Assembly (NCBI GenBank): GCA_946633495.1
Contig: CAMPAX010000001.1
Location: 1 to 34,933 of the forward strand
Source of the DNA: an uncultured Lachnospiraceae bacterium
GTDB taxonomy: Bacteria > Bacillota > Clostridia > Lachnospirales > Lachnospiraceae
DNA: 34,933 nt
Direction: 5' to 3'
Shown here: positions 7,093 to 17,015 of the stretch, piece by piece
Layout: each line of letters opens with the position of its first letter
How positions within the stretch are numbered: the stretch's first letter is position 1
Notes under the pieces: generated by a model
The model's input: the letters and a program-made list of their open reading frames with translations, nothing else
Told to the model about the DNA's origin: nothing
Databases searched by the model: none
Position numbers and translations under genes: made by a program

Positions 7093-7156
7093 TTAAATTA
7101 GAATTTACTTAAATTTACCTAAAATGTATAAAGCTTGAAATAATAAGGAGCCTGGC

Positions 7157-8872
7157 ATGGGATATAGAGAAGAATATGAGAAATGGTGCACGGACCCGTA
7201 TTTTGATGATGCGACACGTGCAGAGTTAAAGGCGATCGAAGGGGACGAGAAGGCCATCGAGGACCGGTTCTGGCGTTCGCTGGAATTCGGAACGGGAGGT
7301 CTCCGGGGAGAGATCGGTGCCGGAACCAACCGGATCAATATTTATACGGTACGCCATGCGACCCAGGGTCTGGCAAATTATATCAGGAAGATGGGCGGAC
7401 AGGAAAAAGGAGTTATGTTAACTCATGACAACCGCCTGTTCTCTCCGGAATTTGCCCGGGCGGCAGCACTGGTTCTGAATGCCAACGGGATCAGGACGTA
7501 CCTCACCGAGTCCCTGAGACCTACGCCGGAGCTCAGCTTCGGTGTCCGGGACCTTGGCTGTATCGCGGGAGTTATGATCACCGCGAGCCACAATCCCAGA
7601 GAATACAACGGTTACAAAGTTTATTGGGAAGACGGCGGTCAGATCACGCCGCCGCATGACAAGGGTATCATGGCGGAGGTGGATCGTCTGACGGATATCA
7701 CCGATGTCCTGACCATGGAGGAAGATGAGGCAAGGATCGCCGGGCTCTTCCGCATGATCGGAAGTGATCTGGATGACCGTTACATCGAGGCGGTAAAGGC
7801 ACAGAGTATCCATCCGGAGATCATTCCCGAGGTGGCGGAGGATTTTGTGGTGGCTTACTCGCCTTTGCACGGAACCGGAAATATCCCGGTGCGCCGGGTG
7901 CTGCGTGAGCTTGGTTTTACCAAGGTATTTGTGGAACCGGATCAGAGGATCCCGGATGGGAATTTCCCCACGGTTCCGAAGCCGAACCCGGAGAATCCGG
8001 ATGCATGGGAGCGGGTACTGGCACTGGCAGAGCGTGTGAATGCGGATATCATTTTGACGACGGATCCGGATGCGGACCGGCTGGGAGTCTGCTGCAAGGA
8101 CGCAAAAACCGGAAAGCTCATCGTCTTCAACGGAAATATGTCCGGCATCCTGATGGCGGATTACATCCTTCGGGAACGGCGGGAAACCGGCACCATGCCG
8201 AAGAATCCGGCCCTCTGTGAGACCATCGTTACCACGGACATGGCCAAGGCGGTGGCAGAGGAGTACGGTGTGGCTCTGATCGAGGTGCTGACCGGTTTCA
8301 AATACATCGGTGAGCAGATCAAATTCTTCGAGGAGCAGGGGACCTACGATTATGTCTTCGGCCTGGAAGAGAGCTTCGGCAACCTGGCGGGAACCTATTG
8401 CAGAGATAAAGACGCCATCGGATCGGTCATGATCCTCTGCGAGGTTGCGGCTTACTATAAGAAAAAGGGTATGACGCTGTGGGATGCCATGGTGCAGCTC
8501 TATGAAAAATACGGTTATTTCAAAGAGGGACTGGACTTCATCGAGTGCAAGGGCAAGGATGGAGCGGCCGAGATCCGTGAGAAGATGAGGAATTTCCGGG
8601 AGAATCCGCCGGAAAGCCTCGCCGGTCTTAAGGTACTGGCGGTACGGGATTACAAGTCCGGTATCCGGAAGGATCTTGTGACGAAGGAGGAGAGCCCCGT
8701 GAATCTGCCGGAGTCCGACGTTCTTTACTTTGAAATGGAGGACCATGCATGGTGCTGTGTCCGTCCCTCCGGAACCGAGCCGAAGATCAAGTTCTATTAC
8801 GGCGTGAAGGAGGACTCCATGGAGGCCTCGGAGGAGCGGCTGGAGAGACTGCGGCAGGAACTGGTACAGTGA
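7157..8872 (+). CDS. pgm: Phosphoglucomutase/phosphomannomutase (phospho-sugar mutase)
   Basis: FGTGGLRG, TASHNP (phospho-Ser), DPDADR metal loop, TGFKYIG, EESFG, RPSGTEPKIK; RBS AAGGAG. Confidence 0.95.
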   Translation: MGYREEYEKWCTDPYFDDATRAELKAIEGDEKAIEDRFWRSLEFGTGGLRGEIGAGTNRINIYTVRHATQGLANYIRKMGGQEKGVMLTHDNRLFSPEFARAAALVLNANGIRTYLTESLRPTPELSFGVRDLGCIAGVMITASHNPREYNGYKVYWEDGGQITPPHDKGIMAEVDRLTDITDVLTMEEDEARIAGLFRMIGSDLDDRYIEAVKAQSIHPEIIPEVAEDFVVAYSPLHGTGNIPVRRVLRELGFTKVFVEPDQRIPDGNFPTVPKPNPENPDAWERVLALAERVNADIILTTDPDADRLGVCCKDAKTGKLIVFNGNMSGILMADYILRERRETGTMPKNPALCETIVTTDMAKAVAEEYGVALIEVLTGFKYIGEQIKFFEEQGTYDYVFGLEESFGNLAGTYCRDKDAIGSVMILCEVAAYYKKKGMTLWDAMVQLYEKYGYFKEGLDFIECKGKDGAAEIREKMRNFRENPPESLAGLKVLAVRDYKSGIRKDLVTKEESPVNLPESDVLYFEMEDHAWCCVRPSGTEPKIKFYYGVKEDSMEASEERLERLRQELVQ

Positions 8873-8929
8873 AAAACTGACCGGCAAGAGGGCAGGATAG
8901 CATAAGACAGAATATAAGAGGAATGGCAT

Positions 8930-10252
8930 ATGCTGACGAATGAACAACTTCTGCAGGAGCTGCAGGATGAATTTCAAAACCATGTGATCCCTTTCTGGGA
9001 GGGACTGGCGGACCCGGAGCGAGGCGGATTTTTCGGCGTGCTGGATAACGCTCTGGTACTTCATAAAGACGCGGACCGCGGCTGCATCCTGAACAGCCGG
9101 ATCCTCTGGTTTTTCGCGAACCTGTATCTGAAGTTTAAAAAAGAGGAATATCTGAACTATGCTGAAAATGCGTATGACTATCTTTGCACGCATTTTCTGG
9201 ACAAGGAATACGGCGGGGTGTTCTGGTCCGTAACGGCGGACGGCGCGCCTGCAGAGACGCTGAAGCATACTTATAATCAGGCCTTTGCGATCTATGGGCT
9301 GTCGTCTTATTATGCGGCTTCCGGTAACCGGGATGCACTGGCGCTGGCCTGGAATCTCTTTCAGGTGATCGAAAGCCGGTGCCGGGATACGGATGGATAT
9401 CTGGAAGCATTTACCCGGGAATTCGGTCCCATGGAGAATGACAAGCTGTCCGAGAACGGCGTCATGGCTGCCCGGACCATGAATACACTGCTCCATGTCA
9501 TGGAGGCGTATACGGAACTCTATCGTGTGGCAGCTGTCAGGGAAGGGGAAAAGGAAGACGCATTTCTGTATGAGATCCGAAATGAAGTGGAGGACAGGAT
9601 AACGGAGATCCTGCACATTTTCAGAGATGAGATCTACAATGAGAAGCGCCGGAGAATGGAGGTGTTCTTCGATGCGGAGTACAATTCCCTGATCGATCTT
9701 TATTCTTACGGACATGATATTGAGACCGCCTGGCTGATCGACCGGACGGTGGAAGTGCTGGAGCTTGGGGGGACGGAGTTTGATCTGTCCCATATTACCG
9801 GGGCTTTGATCGAAGAAGTATACCGCTCGGCGTATGACGGATATGTTCCGACGGAAGATGACCGGATGGACTGGACGGCGGCCGGAGTGAACAAGGCGTT
9901 TTTTACCCGGGAATCGCGGATCCGGATGGAGGGTCAGATCGGACATTCCCTTCCCGCGGAATGCGAGAACGGCGTCAATGACGAGAACCGTGTCTGGTGG
10001 GTGGAATGCGAGGCGATCATCGGCTTTATCAACGGTTATCAAAGGACCGGGGATGAGAAGTATCTTACGGCTGCGAAGGAGATCTGGCGCTATACAAAGG
10101 CGTATCTCGTTGACCGACGGGAGGGCTCCTGCTGGTATGGTTACATCCACGCAGACGGAACTCCTGAACCGGCAAAGAACATAGCAGACGAGTGGACCTG
10201 CCCCTACCACAGCGGACGCATGTGGCTGGAAGTCCTGAAACGGCTGTCCTGA
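8930..10252 (+). CDS. AGE-family epimerase (cellobiose/mannobiose 2-epimerase)
   Basis: ILNSRILWFF, KHTYNQAFAIY, TMNTLLHVMEAY, SYGHDIETAWL, VWWVECE, WTCPYHSGR; adjacent to GH130. Confidence 0.92.
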   Translation: MLTNEQLLQELQDEFQNHVIPFWEGLADPERGGFFGVLDNALVLHKDADRGCILNSRILWFFANLYLKFKKEEYLNYAENAYDYLCTHFLDKEYGGVFWSVTADGAPAETLKHTYNQAFAIYGLSSYYAASGNRDALALAWNLFQVIESRCRDTDGYLEAFTREFGPMENDKLSENGVMAARTMNTLLHVMEAYTELYRVAAVREGEKEDAFLYEIRNEVEDRITEILHIFRDEIYNEKRRRMEVFFDAEYNSLIDLYSYGHDIETAWLIDRTVEVLELGGTEFDLSHITGALIEEVYRSAYDGYVPTEDDRMDWTAAGVNKAFFTRESRIRMEGQIGHSLPAECENGVNDENRVWWVECEAIIGFINGYQRTGDEKYLTAAKEIWRYTKAYLVDRREGSCWYGYIHADGTPEPAKNIADEWTCPYHSGRMWLEVLKRLS

Positions 10253-10291
10253 CATTTTCTATGGAACAAAAAGATCATATGGAGGAGTAAC

Positions 10292-11461
10292 ATGGCCTGG
10301 GAAGAATACGAGCGTCAGCTCAGCAACTATAACGCACTGATCCACCGAAAGAACGAGAAAACGAGTTTCTACAACGGGATCTACGACCGCTGGAAGTACC
10401 CTGTACTCACGCGGCAGCACATCCCGCTCTTCTGGAAATACGATCTGAACCCAAAGACGAATCCGTATTTCATGGAACGGCTCGGTGTGAATGCGGTTTT
10501 TAATTCCGGGGCCATTTATCTGGACGGAAAATACTATCTGGTGGCCCGTATCGAGGGCAATGACCGCAAGTCCTTCTTCGGCGTGGCGGTTTCCGACAGC
10601 GGCGTGGACGGATTTAAATTTATGGACTATCCGATCCTGCTTCCGGACACCTGCCCGGAGGAGACAAATGTCTATGACATGCGGCTTACCAGGCATGAGG
10701 ACGGATACATTTACGGCGTATTCTGCAGTGAAAGCAAGGATACAGCTGTGAACGATCTTTCCGCAGCGGTGGCTGCGGCGGGCATCGTCCGGACAAAGGA
10801 TATGGTGAACTGGGAACGGCTTCCGAATCTTCGGACTCTCCGTTCTCCCCAGCAGAGAAATGTGGTGCTTTATCCGGAATTTGTAGACGGAAAATATGCG
10901 TTCTACACCCGCCCCATGGATGATTTTATCGATACCGGCAGCGGCGGCGGCATAGGATTCGGAACCTGCGAGGATATCACCAACGCCGTGATCGATGAGG
11001 AGATCATCACCAGCAGGAGAAAATACCATACCATTACCGAAGCGAAGAACGGTGCGGGGGCGACTCCCATCAAAACGGATCGAGGATATATCCACATCGC
11101 TCATGGCGTCCGGAACACGGCAGCGGGCCTTCGCTATGTGATCTATGCCTTTGCCACGGCATTGGATGATCCGACACGGGTGATCGCGGAGCCTTCCGGC
11201 TTCCTCATCGCGCCCCTTGGACGGGAACGGGTGGGCGACGTCAGCAATGTGGTCTTCACCAACGGAGCTATCGTGAATGAGAAGGAGGAAGTGTTCATTT
11301 ACTATGCATCCTCCGACACACGCCTTCACGTTGCCACAACCACATTAGATCGTCTGACAGACTATGTGTTCAGCACACCGGAGGATCCGCTCCGCAGCGT
11401 GCTCTGTGTAGAGCAAAGATGTGAGCTGATCCGAAAGAATCTCGAGTATCTCGGGAAATGA
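10292..11461 (+). CDS. GH130 4-O-beta-D-mannosyl-D-glucose phosphorylase
   Basis: [66 protein letters not shown]. Confidence 0.93.
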   Translation: MAWEEYERQLSNYNALIHRKNEKTSFYNGIYDRWKYPVLTRQHIPLFWKYDLNPKTNPYFMERLGVNAVFNSGAIYLDGKYYLVARIEGNDRKSFFGVAVSDSGVDGFKFMDYPILLPDTCPEETNVYDMRLTRHEDGYIYGVFCSESKDTAVNDLSAAVAAAGIVRTKDMVNWERLPNLRTLRSPQQRNVVLYPEFVDGKYAFYTRPMDDFIDTGSGGGIGFGTCEDITNAVIDEEIITSRRKYHTITEAKNGAGATPIKTDRGYIHIAHGVRNTAAGLRYVIYAFATALDDPTRVIAEPSGFLIAPLGRERVGDVSNVVFTNGAIVNEKEEVFIYYASSDTRLHVATTTLDRLTDYVFSTPEDPLRSVLCVEQRCELIRKNLEYLGK

Positions 11462-11532
11462 CGTTTTTACGGAGACAGGACCGATGGACTGCCGGGGCCC
11501 TGGCCTCGGGAGGACAGGAAAAGAGGAACAAC

Positions 11533-12528
11533 ATGTACATTTTACGTACAAAACCGGTATTTAAGGAAACCATCTGGGGCGGCCGCCGTCTGAAGGACGA
11601 TTTCGGCTATGATATCCCCGGCGACCATACAGGCGAGTGCTGGGCGGTCAGCGCGCACCCGGACGGGGAAGGCAGTATCGTAAACGGCGAATATGCAGGT
11701 ACACCGCTCTCCGGGCTGTGGAGCAGTCACCCCGAGCTTTTCGGGAACTATCCGCTGGACCGGTTCCCGCTTCTTACAAAGATCATTGATGCCCAGGCGG
11801 ATCTCTCCATTCAGGTTCACCCGGATGATACATATGCGGCGGAACATGAGAACGGCTCTCTCGGGAAAATGGAGTGCTGGTATATCATCGACTGTGTTCC
11901 GGGCGCGACCATCGTGATCGGCCATCATGCGAAAACCCGGGAGGAGCTTCGGGATATGGTGAACGGCGGCCGCTGGAAGGAACTGATCCGTGAGGTTCCG
12001 ATCCGGAAAGGGGATTTCTTCCAGATCGATCCCGGTACGGTGCATGCCATCAAGGCCGGAACCCTGATCCTGGAAAGCCAGCAGAGCAGTGATATTACCT
12101 ACCGGCTGTATGATTATGACCGCCTGCAGAACGGGAAACCCCGTCCCCTGCATCTGGAGAAGAGCCTGGATGTGATCGAGGTTCCCTTTGTGGAACGAAG
12201 GGCGATAGAAAACGGCGACGATGGATCCTGGATGCGGCTTCTTTACAGCTGTAAATATTATAAGGTGTGGAAAGGCGTGAGCCTCGGAAAAGAAAAGACA
12301 GCGGACGGCGCAAAGACGCAGGCGGCGGGTGCCGCAAAGACACACACGGCGGATACCGCTGAGATCATTCCTTCGCCGGAATTCTTTCTGATCGGTTCGG
12401 TGCTGTCGGGAGAAGCGGTTCTGGGAGATGAATTCTTCCGGAAGGGAGATCATTTTATCATTCCTTCGGGCTACGGACCGACCCCGGTTACCGGAGATGC
12501 GGAATTCATCTTCTCCTCGCCGGTCTGA
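11533..12528 (+). CDS. manA: Class I mannose-6-phosphate isomerase
   Basis: IWGG, GECWAVSAHP, FPLLTKIIDA, LSIQVHP, GKMECWY, GTVHAI, QSSDITYRLYDY; start placed at 11533 after AAGAGGA RBS. Confidence 0.93.
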   Translation: MYILRTKPVFKETIWGGRRLKDDFGYDIPGDHTGECWAVSAHPDGEGSIVNGEYAGTPLSGLWSSHPELFGNYPLDRFPLLTKIIDAQADLSIQVHPDDTYAAEHENGSLGKMECWYIIDCVPGATIVIGHHAKTREELRDMVNGGRWKELIREVPIRKGDFFQIDPGTVHAIKAGTLILESQQSSDITYRLYDYDRLQNGKPRPLHLEKSLDVIEVPFVERRAIENGDDGSWMRLLYSCKYYKVWKGVSLGKEKTADGAKTQAAGAAKTHTADTAEIIPSPEFFLIGSVLSGEAVLGDEFFRKGDHFIIPSGYGPTPVTGDAEFIFSSPV

Positions 12529-12683
12529 TACAGCGAGCGATATAAATGCGCCGGCCCTTTGAATGCCGATAACCGGAAAACCGGCATCTCTATGCCGATA
12601 TTTAAAATGCCGGCTCTATAAAAACGATACATAGATAATACTTAGAAACATACATAGATACATAGAAACAGGGATAAAGTGAA

Positions 12684-13655
12684 ATGAGTGACAGACTATT
12701 CTGCAAAGGATATACATGGGGCTTCTTCAGCGGCCCGGGGGAATGGCTGACCGAGGCTGCCGAAGCGTCCATGCGCAGGCTGGCTTCCAACGGCCTGGAC
12801 TGGATCTGCCTTACGGTAAATGCATGGCAGGAGACCTTCTACAGCACCCGGATCTTTTCCCTGTACGGAAGGACCCAGTCGGACGAAGAAGTGGTGCACG
12901 CCGTGAAGCTGGCAAAATCCCTGGGACTGAAGGTCTGCCTGAAGCCTATGGTGAATTGCCTGGACAGAAGCTGGCGGGCGCGGATCCATTTTCCGACGGA
13001 GGAAGGAACCACCTATTGGGATGACTGGTTTAGCTCCTACCGCAATTTTATGAATTATTACGCGGAAATGGCGGAGCGGCTGGGCTGCGAGATGCTTTGT
13101 ACCGGCTGCGAGATGGCCGGCATGGATACCCAGGCGGAGCGCTGCAGGAGAATGATCGCTGAGGTTCGGGAGCGATACTCCGGGATCGTCATGCATAATA
13201 TCAATCACGGAGATGAATTTAAGAGCAGCTGGCTGGATGCGGTGGATGTGATCGGGATCAGCGGATACTATCCGGTGACGGATGCCGGGCACCGAGGTGC
13301 CGGAGTCATGCGGGAACGCTGGAAGCGGGTAACGGAAGGGCTGGAAGCCTGCCACAGACATTACGGAAAGCCGGTGATGTTTGCCGAGATCGGCGTCCGG
13401 AACGAAGAGGGCTGTACTGCATACCCCTGGGATTTTCATAACCGGCCGGAGAAGGCGGCGGATGAACAGGAGCAGGCGGATTTCTACATGACAGCCATGG
13501 AAGCAACCTGGGATCTGCCGTATTTTGCGGGTTATTTCTGGTGGGACTGGAAGGCGGTACTTCCGCCTGAAGAGGAAGCAAAAAAGAACCGGGATTTTAC
13601 GGTATACGGAAAGCAGGCCGAAAAGGTGCTGAAACAGTGGTACAGCAAAGCGTGA
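12684..13655 (+). CDS. GH113 beta-mannanase/manno-oligosaccharide hydrolase, cytoplasmic
   Basis: KGYTWG, VCLKPMVNC, WRARI, GCEM, GISGYYP, FAEIG, PWDF, FWWDW; no signal peptide. Confidence 0.9.
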   Translation: MSDRLFCKGYTWGFFSGPGEWLTEAAEASMRRLASNGLDWICLTVNAWQETFYSTRIFSLYGRTQSDEEVVHAVKLAKSLGLKVCLKPMVNCLDRSWRARIHFPTEEGTTYWDDWFSSYRNFMNYYAEMAERLGCEMLCTGCEMAGMDTQAERCRRMIAEVRERYSGIVMHNINHGDEFKSSWLDAVDVIGISGYYPVTDAGHRGAGVMRERWKRVTEGLEACHRHYGKPVMFAEIGVRNEEGCTAYPWDFHNRPEKAADEQEQADFYMTAMEATWDLPYFAGYFWWDWKAVLPPEEEAKKNRDFTVYGKQAEKVLKQWYSKA

Positions 13656-13705
13656 CTGAGCCGGGCGGCTGATGAAAAAGATGCGGATCAAAGTATCGGA
13701 AGGGT

Positions 13706-15070
13706 ATGAAAATGATCAGATTCGGAAAAATAAAAAGGAAATCTTTTTTGGCAGTGCTGTCCCTGCTTCTTCTTACGGGATGCGGGAAGGACGCTGCAAC
13801 GGAGAGTGCGGGATCCGAAAGCACATCCTCCGAAACCGTGACATCGGAGGCGGTTACGGAAAAGCCTTCCTCCGAGGCGGACCCTGCGGGGGACACATCC
13901 TCCGGAACGACGGAAAGCACGGAACAAAGCGGCATGCTTCCTTCCGTGAACATTCCGGAGATGAAGATGGAAGCCTCGGCGGTTCCGGATACGGAAGCGT
14001 TCCGGTTCGTTCGGGACATGAAGATCGGTGTCAGTCTCGGAAATACCTTTGATGCTTACAATGATACCAGTCTGAAGGATGAGATGGATGCGGAGATCAC
14101 CTGGTGCGGGATCAAGACCACGGAACAGATGATCAAGGACTTTCATGCGGCAGGCTTTGAAACCATTCGGATTCCCGTATCCTGGCATAACCACATCGTG
14201 GATGACAACTGTACCATTTCCGAACAGTGGATGGATCGTGTCAACACCGTGGTGGACTGGGCTGTCAAGGACGGGATGTATGTGATCCTGAATATCCATC
14301 ATGACAATCATGAGGAGGCGAAGGGCTTCTATCCAGACCGTGCACATCAGGCACAGTCGGAAAAATACGTTCGGCGGATCTGGGAGCAGATCGCGGAACG
14401 CTACAAGGACTATGATGACCATCTGATCTTCGAGTCGCTGAATGAGCCGAGGCTTGTGGGTCACAAATACGAGTGGTGGTTCCCGGCAGGGGATCCGGAT
14501 GTGGCGGAGTCCGTACAGTGCATCAACGAGCTGAATCAGCTGTTTGTGAATACGGTGCGCGCTTCCGGCGGAAATAACGCCACCCGGTATCTGATGTGCC
14601 CCGGTTATGACGCGGCGCCGGACGGAGCGCTGCATCCGGACTATAAGCTTCCGGAGGAGCCTAAAGGTTATACCGGAACTGTCAGTCATATCATGGTCTC
14701 TGTGCATGCATACACGCCTTACAGTTTCGCGCTGGATCTGAATGGGACCTCGTATTTCAGCATCGACCGCGCCAACGGAACCGGCGATATCGACAGCTTC
14801 ATGAGTAAACTGTATCAGAAATTCATCGTGAAGGGCGTTCCGGTGGTGATCGGCGAATTCGGCGCGGTGGATAAGAATAAGAATCTTCAGGAGCGTGTTG
14901 ATTTTGCGGCGTATTACGTGGCGAAAGCCCGGTCCTACGGAATGACTGCACTCTGGTGGGACAACAATGCATTTACCGGAAACGGAGAGTCTCTCGGGCT
15001 GTACTACCGCCGGGGAGGGTATTTTATCTACGAAGATATCGTGAAAGCACTGATGCTGAACTGTAACTGA
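13706..15070 (+). CDS. GH5 endoglucanase/glucomannanase lipoprotein (GH5_4-like)
   Basis: Lipobox LLTGC, Ser/Thr/Glu linker, LGNTFD, IRIPVSW, ILNIHHD, FESLNEPR, VHAYTP, IGEFG, WWDN. Confidence 0.9.
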   Translation: MKMIRFGKIKRKSFLAVLSLLLLTGCGKDAATESAGSESTSSETVTSEAVTEKPSSEADPAGDTSSGTTESTEQSGMLPSVNIPEMKMEASAVPDTEAFRFVRDMKIGVSLGNTFDAYNDTSLKDEMDAEITWCGIKTTEQMIKDFHAAGFETIRIPVSWHNHIVDDNCTISEQWMDRVNTVVDWAVKDGMYVILNIHHDNHEEAKGFYPDRAHQAQSEKYVRRIWEQIAERYKDYDDHLIFESLNEPRLVGHKYEWWFPAGDPDVAESVQCINELNQLFVNTVRASGGNNATRYLMCPGYDAAPDGALHPDYKLPEEPKGYTGTVSHIMVSVHAYTPYSFALDLNGTSYFSIDRANGTGDIDSFMSKLYQKFIVKGVPVVIGEFGAVDKNKNLQERVDFAAYYVAKARSYGMTALWWDNNAFTGNGESLGLYYRRGGYFIYEDIVKALMLNCN

Positions 15071-15085
15071 CAAATACTTCCTGCT

Positions 15086-15112
15086 TGTCATTCTGAGCGA
15101 AGCGAAGAATCT
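15086..15112. repeat. Solitary REP-like palindromic unit TGTCATTCTGAGCGAAGCGAAGAATCT
   Basis: ATTCT...AGAAT stem around GCGAAGC; resembles GTC-tagged REP units recalled from Firmicutes/Bacteroidota. Confidence 0.55.
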
Positions 15113-15225
15113 TTTGTTACAAAATGAGCAGCGGCACGGTTCATACGCAACGTGGGCGCTGCGGACCATCGCCGGGAAAAATTTATTCGTCCCGGGATCA
15201 TAAGACTGAAAAATGGGGGCGTAGT

Positions 15226-16248
15226 ATGGCAGTGACAGAGAAAAAGGTTACCATGAAGGATATTGCCGCGGAATTCAATGTGAGTATCGTGACGGTATCC
15301 AAAGCACTGGCGGGTAAGGACGGCGTGGGCGAACAACTCCGGCAGGAGATCATAGAACGTGCGCGGGAGCTGGGGTACGCATTCAAGAAGGGCAGCGACA
15401 AGGGCGGCAGTCGAAACGTGGCCATCGTGATCTCCGAACGATTCATCAGCGAAGACTCCTTCTATCAGAGGGTTTACCAGAGGATCCTTCTGGAACTGAC
15501 CCGACGGAATTATGTGGCGATCCTGGAAGCGGTACGGATCGAGGATGAGGAGAAGGGGGAGCTTCCGAAGCTGGTGGCGCTCTCCGCCATCGATCAGATC
15601 ATCGTGATCGGTGAGATCAGCAACGCTTATCTTACCTCCATCGTAAAAACCGGGATCGGATGCATTCTCTTTGACTTTGAAAATGAGGACTACGATCTGG
15701 ATGCGGTCCTCAGCGATAACGTGAACGGAGGCTATCTTCTGACCCGCCACCTGGTTCGGAGCGGATGCAGGAAGGTTGGCTTTGTAGGGTCGTATCATTC
15801 TACCCGCAGCAATCTGGACCGGTATGTGGGCTATCGGAAATATCTCATCGCCAACAACATGGATTTTGATGAAAAATGGGTCATCAACGACCGGGACGAG
15901 CATGGTCTGGACATCGACCTTGTACTCCCGGATGAACTGCCGGACGGATTTGTATGCGCCTGCGATCTGACCGCAAACCGCCTGATCCGCACGCTGACGG
16001 AAAAAGGGTATTCCGTACCGGAGGATGTTGCGGTGGTTGGCTATGATGATTATGCAAATAACAAGATCGAAGGCAAGGAGCTTACGACCTATCACGTGAA
16101 TGTGGAGGAAATGATCTCGCAGTGCATGAACATGCTGGAGCAGCATTGCGAGAATCCGGATTACCGTTACGGTACCGTGCTTTCCTACGGATGGCTGGTG
16201 GAGCGTCAGACTGGGAGGTATCATGGCAAAACTGATTCTGACAATTGA
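15226..16248 (+). CDS. LacI-family transcriptional regulator
   Basis: HTH VTMKDIAAEFNVSIVTVSKAL, ARELGY hinge, VPEDVAVVGYDD, LTT; start placed at MAVTEKK. Confidence 0.93.
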   Translation: MAVTEKKVTMKDIAAEFNVSIVTVSKALAGKDGVGEQLRQEIIERARELGYAFKKGSDKGGSRNVAIVISERFISEDSFYQRVYQRILLELTRRNYVAILEAVRIEDEEKGELPKLVALSAIDQIIVIGEISNAYLTSIVKTGIGCILFDFENEDYDLDAVLSDNVNGGYLLTRHLVRSGCRKVGFVGSYHSTRSNLDRYVGYRKYLIANNMDFDEKWVINDRDEHGLDIDLVLPDELPDGFVCACDLTANRLIRTLTEKGYSVPEDVAVVGYDDYANNKIEGKELTTYHVNVEEMISQCMNMLEQHCENPDYRYGTVLSYGWLVERQTGRYHGKTDSDN

Positions 16249-16918
16249 CGATATGCCAGAGGAGAATACCACAGCTCTGGTGGATTATCTGTCCGGGGCG
16301 GGGATCCCTGCGGTTTTCTTCGCGGTGGGAGAGAATCTGGAGAAGCGTCCCGAGATCGCTGTGTATGCGCTGCAGAAGGGTTTTCTGATCGGAAATCATT
16401 CCTACAGTCACCCGGCATTTTCGTCCATATCCGTGGAGGAAGGGATCCGGGAGATCACACGCACAGAGACTCTGCTGAACCGGATCTATCAGGAGGCGGG
16501 AGTGAAAAGGGAACACCGTTTCTTCCGGTTCCCCTATATCGATAAAGGCGGCGGATACCGCGGATTCTATCAGGATTATCTGAAAAAATCCGGCTTCTCC
16601 AAGCTGGCAGACACTGGGGTCGATGCCCCCGGATATCTGGCCCAGGGCATGCACAGGGATGTGGATACAGCCTGTTCCTTTGACTGTCAGGAGTATAATA
16701 TTCCTCCCGGAACCATGACCATCGAAGATGTTCTTCGGCGGATCGAAGAGGGAGATCCGGGCATGGGGTCTTCTGTAACGGATGACAGCGAGGAGATTGT
16801 TCTTCTTCATTCTCACGATGATACGGAGCGTTTCGTGCCGGAATATTACCGGCTGATTTTGGATAAAATGCTGAAAATGGGAGCGATTTTTACTGCTCCG
16901 ACATTTGTTTTGACGTAG
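16223..16918 (+). CDS. CE4/NodB-family polysaccharide deacetylase, cytoplasmic
   Basis: LTIDD, NHSYSHP, FFRFPY, VLLHSHD; RBS GGGAGGT. Confidence 0.88.
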   Translation: MAKLILTIDDMPEENTTALVDYLSGAGIPAVFFAVGENLEKRPEIAVYALQKGFLIGNHSYSHPAFSSISVEEGIREITRTETLLNRIYQEAGVKREHRFFRFPYIDKGGGYRGFYQDYLKKSGFSKLADTGVDAPGYLAQGMHRDVDTACSFDCQEYNIPPGTMTIEDVLRRIEEGDPGMGSSVTDDSEEIVLLHSHDDTERFVPEYYRLILDKMLKMGAIFTAPTFVLT

Positions 16919-16986
16919 TTAAAGTAAATTTAGGTAAAAAATTAACTAAAAATCAAAAAAATTACAATAATTTTAGCAAAAAAGCC

Positions 16987-17015
16987 TTGTGTATGCATAA
17001 TGTATGTGGTATATT
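16987..17015 (+). promoter_or_regulatory. Sigma-A promoter with extended -10 for the GH26/transport operon
   Basis: TTGTGT (16987-16992) - 17 bp - TATATT (17010-17015) preceded by TG; AT-rich intergenic region. Confidence 0.6.

Noticed and set aside
7418-10255. 945-aa minus-strand ORF spanning pgm and the epimerase
   Set aside because: Antisense shadow of two well-conserved genes; codon bias suppresses antisense stops; no motifs or RBS recognised
12545-12670. Short GCCGG/GCCGAT and ACATAGA repeats between manA and GH113
   Set aside because: Short, low-complexity and irregular; no specific function can be supported
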